From positions 71,697-135,696 of the forward strand of contig JAITUR010000003.1 of NCBI GenBank assembly GCA_031286205.1: 64,000 nt of DNA, written 5' to 3'. Each line of letters starts with the position of its first letter. Positions within the stretch are counted from its first letter, which is position 1. Shown piece by piece: positions 62,806-64,000 of this stretch. This DNA comes from Treponema sp. GTDB lineage: Bacteria > Spirochaetota > Spirochaetia > Treponematales > Breznakiellaceae. The notes under the pieces were generated by a model that searched no databases, had not been told where the DNA came from, and worked only from the letters and a program-made list of their open reading frames with translations. A program made the position numbers and the translations under genes.

Positions 62806-63525
62806 ATGGGAGAAAATATTAACATTCTTATTGCTGCCAAAGATGACACAGACCGGGAGTGTATACTTACCGCCGTATCAACCCAGAAGGATTTTAGCGT
62901 AGCAGGTGTAGAATGTGATGAATTCAACACAATAATAAAATCGGAAAGATTAAAACCTGATGTCCTTATTTTTGATTTACAACCGCCCGGAGCAGACGCT
63001 CCCATCCTTGCTCCTATCATACACCGAAGATCGCCGAATACATCCATTATGATGATATGTGATAGGGACGATAATGATTATGCCGGTAAAGCTCTTAAAT
63101 CCGGAATTTCAGGTTTTTTGCTGAAAAAAGCGGATATGAACAAAATAGTCCCTGTCGTAAAAATAGTAAATTTGGGCGGATACTTTGTCAGTGCTTCAAT
63201 TGCAAGCAGGGCGTTGGATACGATTACATTCATTAAGCAGTTTCCGGGGCAGGTAATAAATTTGGGTCATAGCGATTTGGTTTTTTCCCCCATAGAACGC
63301 TGTATTATTACCGAAATTGCCAAGGGGCTTTCGGACGAAGAAATAGCAAAATACCTGAATTATAGCCCCGGAAGTATCAAAAATTGCCTTGCCGGAATTA
63401 AACGGAAAACAGGGTTAAAAAACCGGCTGCAAATTGTCCTATATTCACTTTTTTACGGATTAATTAAAATAGAACATACTGATATTTTCAAATTCAATAG
63501 ACAATTTGTCAAAGATCCCATATAA
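62806..63525 (+). CDS. Orphan NarL/FixJ (LuxR-type HTH) response regulator
   Basis: 239 aa. Receiver domain (ILIAAKDD, DVLIFDLQPPG, GFLLKK). C-terminal LuxR HTH (SPIERCIITEIAKGLSDEEIAKYLNYSPGSIKNCLAGIKRKTGLKNR). No adjacent kinase gene. Confidence 0.8.
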   Translation: MGENINILIAAKDDTDRECILTAVSTQKDFSVAGVECDEFNTIIKSERLKPDVLIFDLQPPGADAPILAPIIHRRSPNTSIMMICDRDDNDYAGKALKSGISGFLLKKADMNKIVPVVKIVNLGGYFVSASIASRALDTITFIKQFPGQVINLGHSDLVFSPIERCIITEIAKGLSDEEIAKYLNYSPGSIKNCLAGIKRKTGLKNRLQIVLYSLFYGLIKIEHTDIFKFNRQFVKDPI

Positions 63526-63557
63526 TAGTAAAAAGACTGACAAGGAGACATTGAATT

Positions 63558-64000
63558 ATGAAAACCGTATGCGGAATAGATCTGGGAACCCAGAGCTGTA
63601 AAATAGTTGTCTATGATTTTGATAAAAAGACCGTTGTTGCCCAATCTTCGGCTCCTGTGGATATAATAGCGAACAATGACGGAACAAGAGAGCAAAAAGC
63701 CGAATGGTACGATGCTGTCGTAAAAACCTGTTTTAGCAAAATCGATACAAAAATCAAAAAAACCATAGAAGCTATCGGCGTTTCCGGTCAGCAGCACGGT
63801 TTTGTCCCGCTGGACGAAAAAGGCAAACCTGTTTACAATGTCAAACTTTGGTGCGATACATCTACAACAGCCGAATGTGACGAAATAACCAAAGCAGCAG
63901 GGGGCGAAAAAAAACTTATTGCCAAAGCCGGCCTTCCAATGCGTCCCGGCTACACTGCCCCCAAGGTTTTGTGGCTTAAAAAAAATAAACCCAAGGCATT
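63558..64000 (+). CDS. xylB: Xylulokinase (FGGY family), N-terminal ~147 codons; continues past the right edge
   Basis: Absent from the ORF track because it is open-ended. My translation from ATG 63558 (AAGGAGA 10 nt upstream) reads MKTVCGIDLGTQSCKIVVYDF...IEAIGVSGQQHGFVPLDEKGKPVYNVKLWCDTST...YTAPKVLWLKKNKP. This shows the XylB-type GIDLGTQS and GVSGQQHG motifs. Confidence 0.8.
   Translation, partial: MKTVCGIDLGTQSCKIVVYDFDKKTVVAQSSAPVDIIANNDGTREQKAEWYDAVVKTCFSKIDTKIKKTIEAIGVSGQQHGFVPLDEKGKPVYNVKLWCDTSTTAECDEITKAAGGEKKLIAKAGLPMRPGYTAPKVLWLKKNKPKA

Noticed and set aside
62775-63797. Minus-strand ORFs 62775..63047 (90 aa) and 63453..63797 (114 aa)
   Set aside because: They lie antisense to the response regulator and xylB genes, both of which have clear family motifs.

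Overview
Gene-dense chromosomal window with about 57 protein-coding genes, roughly 46 of them on the minus strand. The genes sit in long co-directional operons with many 1-8 nt stop/start overlaps (TAATG or ATGA type). By eye I found no rRNA, tRNA, CRISPR array, transposase, integrase or phage genes. Gene content suggests a spirochaete, possibly Treponema-like: several sensor adenylate cyclases with FecR-like partners, relaxed lipoboxes, a stand-alone FlhB-C domain, a bactofilin, PilZ, and a GLUG-repeat surface protein. That taxonomic call is inference only. Contents from left to right: (1) A sugar-type ABC uptake cluster (1-9785) with a 963-aa membrane-anchored binding protein, two permeases, a six-bladed NHL/TPR protein, a Yip1-like membrane protein, an 835-aa lipoprotein, and a further permease that runs off the left edge. 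(2) aroA, an anchored SBP-like gene, a jelly-roll/TPR protein and an FMN adenylyltransferase-only RibF homolog. (3) A long minus-strand unit (26267->14397) encoding a 1311-aa GLUG-repeat lipoprotein, two cNMP-binding proteins, a FecR-like protein and a CHASE2 class III adenylate cyclase, the last two bracketed by two paralogous barrel/transglutaminase-like proteins. (4) A LytTR/AgrC-like two-component pair. (5) A housekeeping operon: PilZ, HEAT-like, comEC, rsmA, yggS, two pseudouridine synthases, murC, yicC, cmk, and a stand-alone FlhB-C domain. (6) A second cyclase/FecR-like/outer-membrane-barrel triad (45689->40943). (7) Tandem FKBP genes. (8) A complete pstSCAB-phoU-phoB-phoR operon with a three-repeat Pho-box-like element and an unusual Asp/Trp-rich insert in PstC. 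(9) An M23 peptidase-bactofilin-YaaR-PSP1 operon. (10) A four-subunit 2-oxoacid:ferredoxin oxidoreductase. (11) A lipoprotein made of six tandem PPC-like domains. (12) An orphan LuxR-type response regulator and the 5' end of xylB. My best candidate for an undescribed system is the twice-occurring outer-membrane protein + FecR-like relay + membrane adenylate cyclase gene set. One copy is directly coupled to two cNMP receptor genes. I interpret it as Fec-like trans-envelope signalling with cAMP as the output. All functional calls rest on motif-level reading of the translations; no database search was possible.
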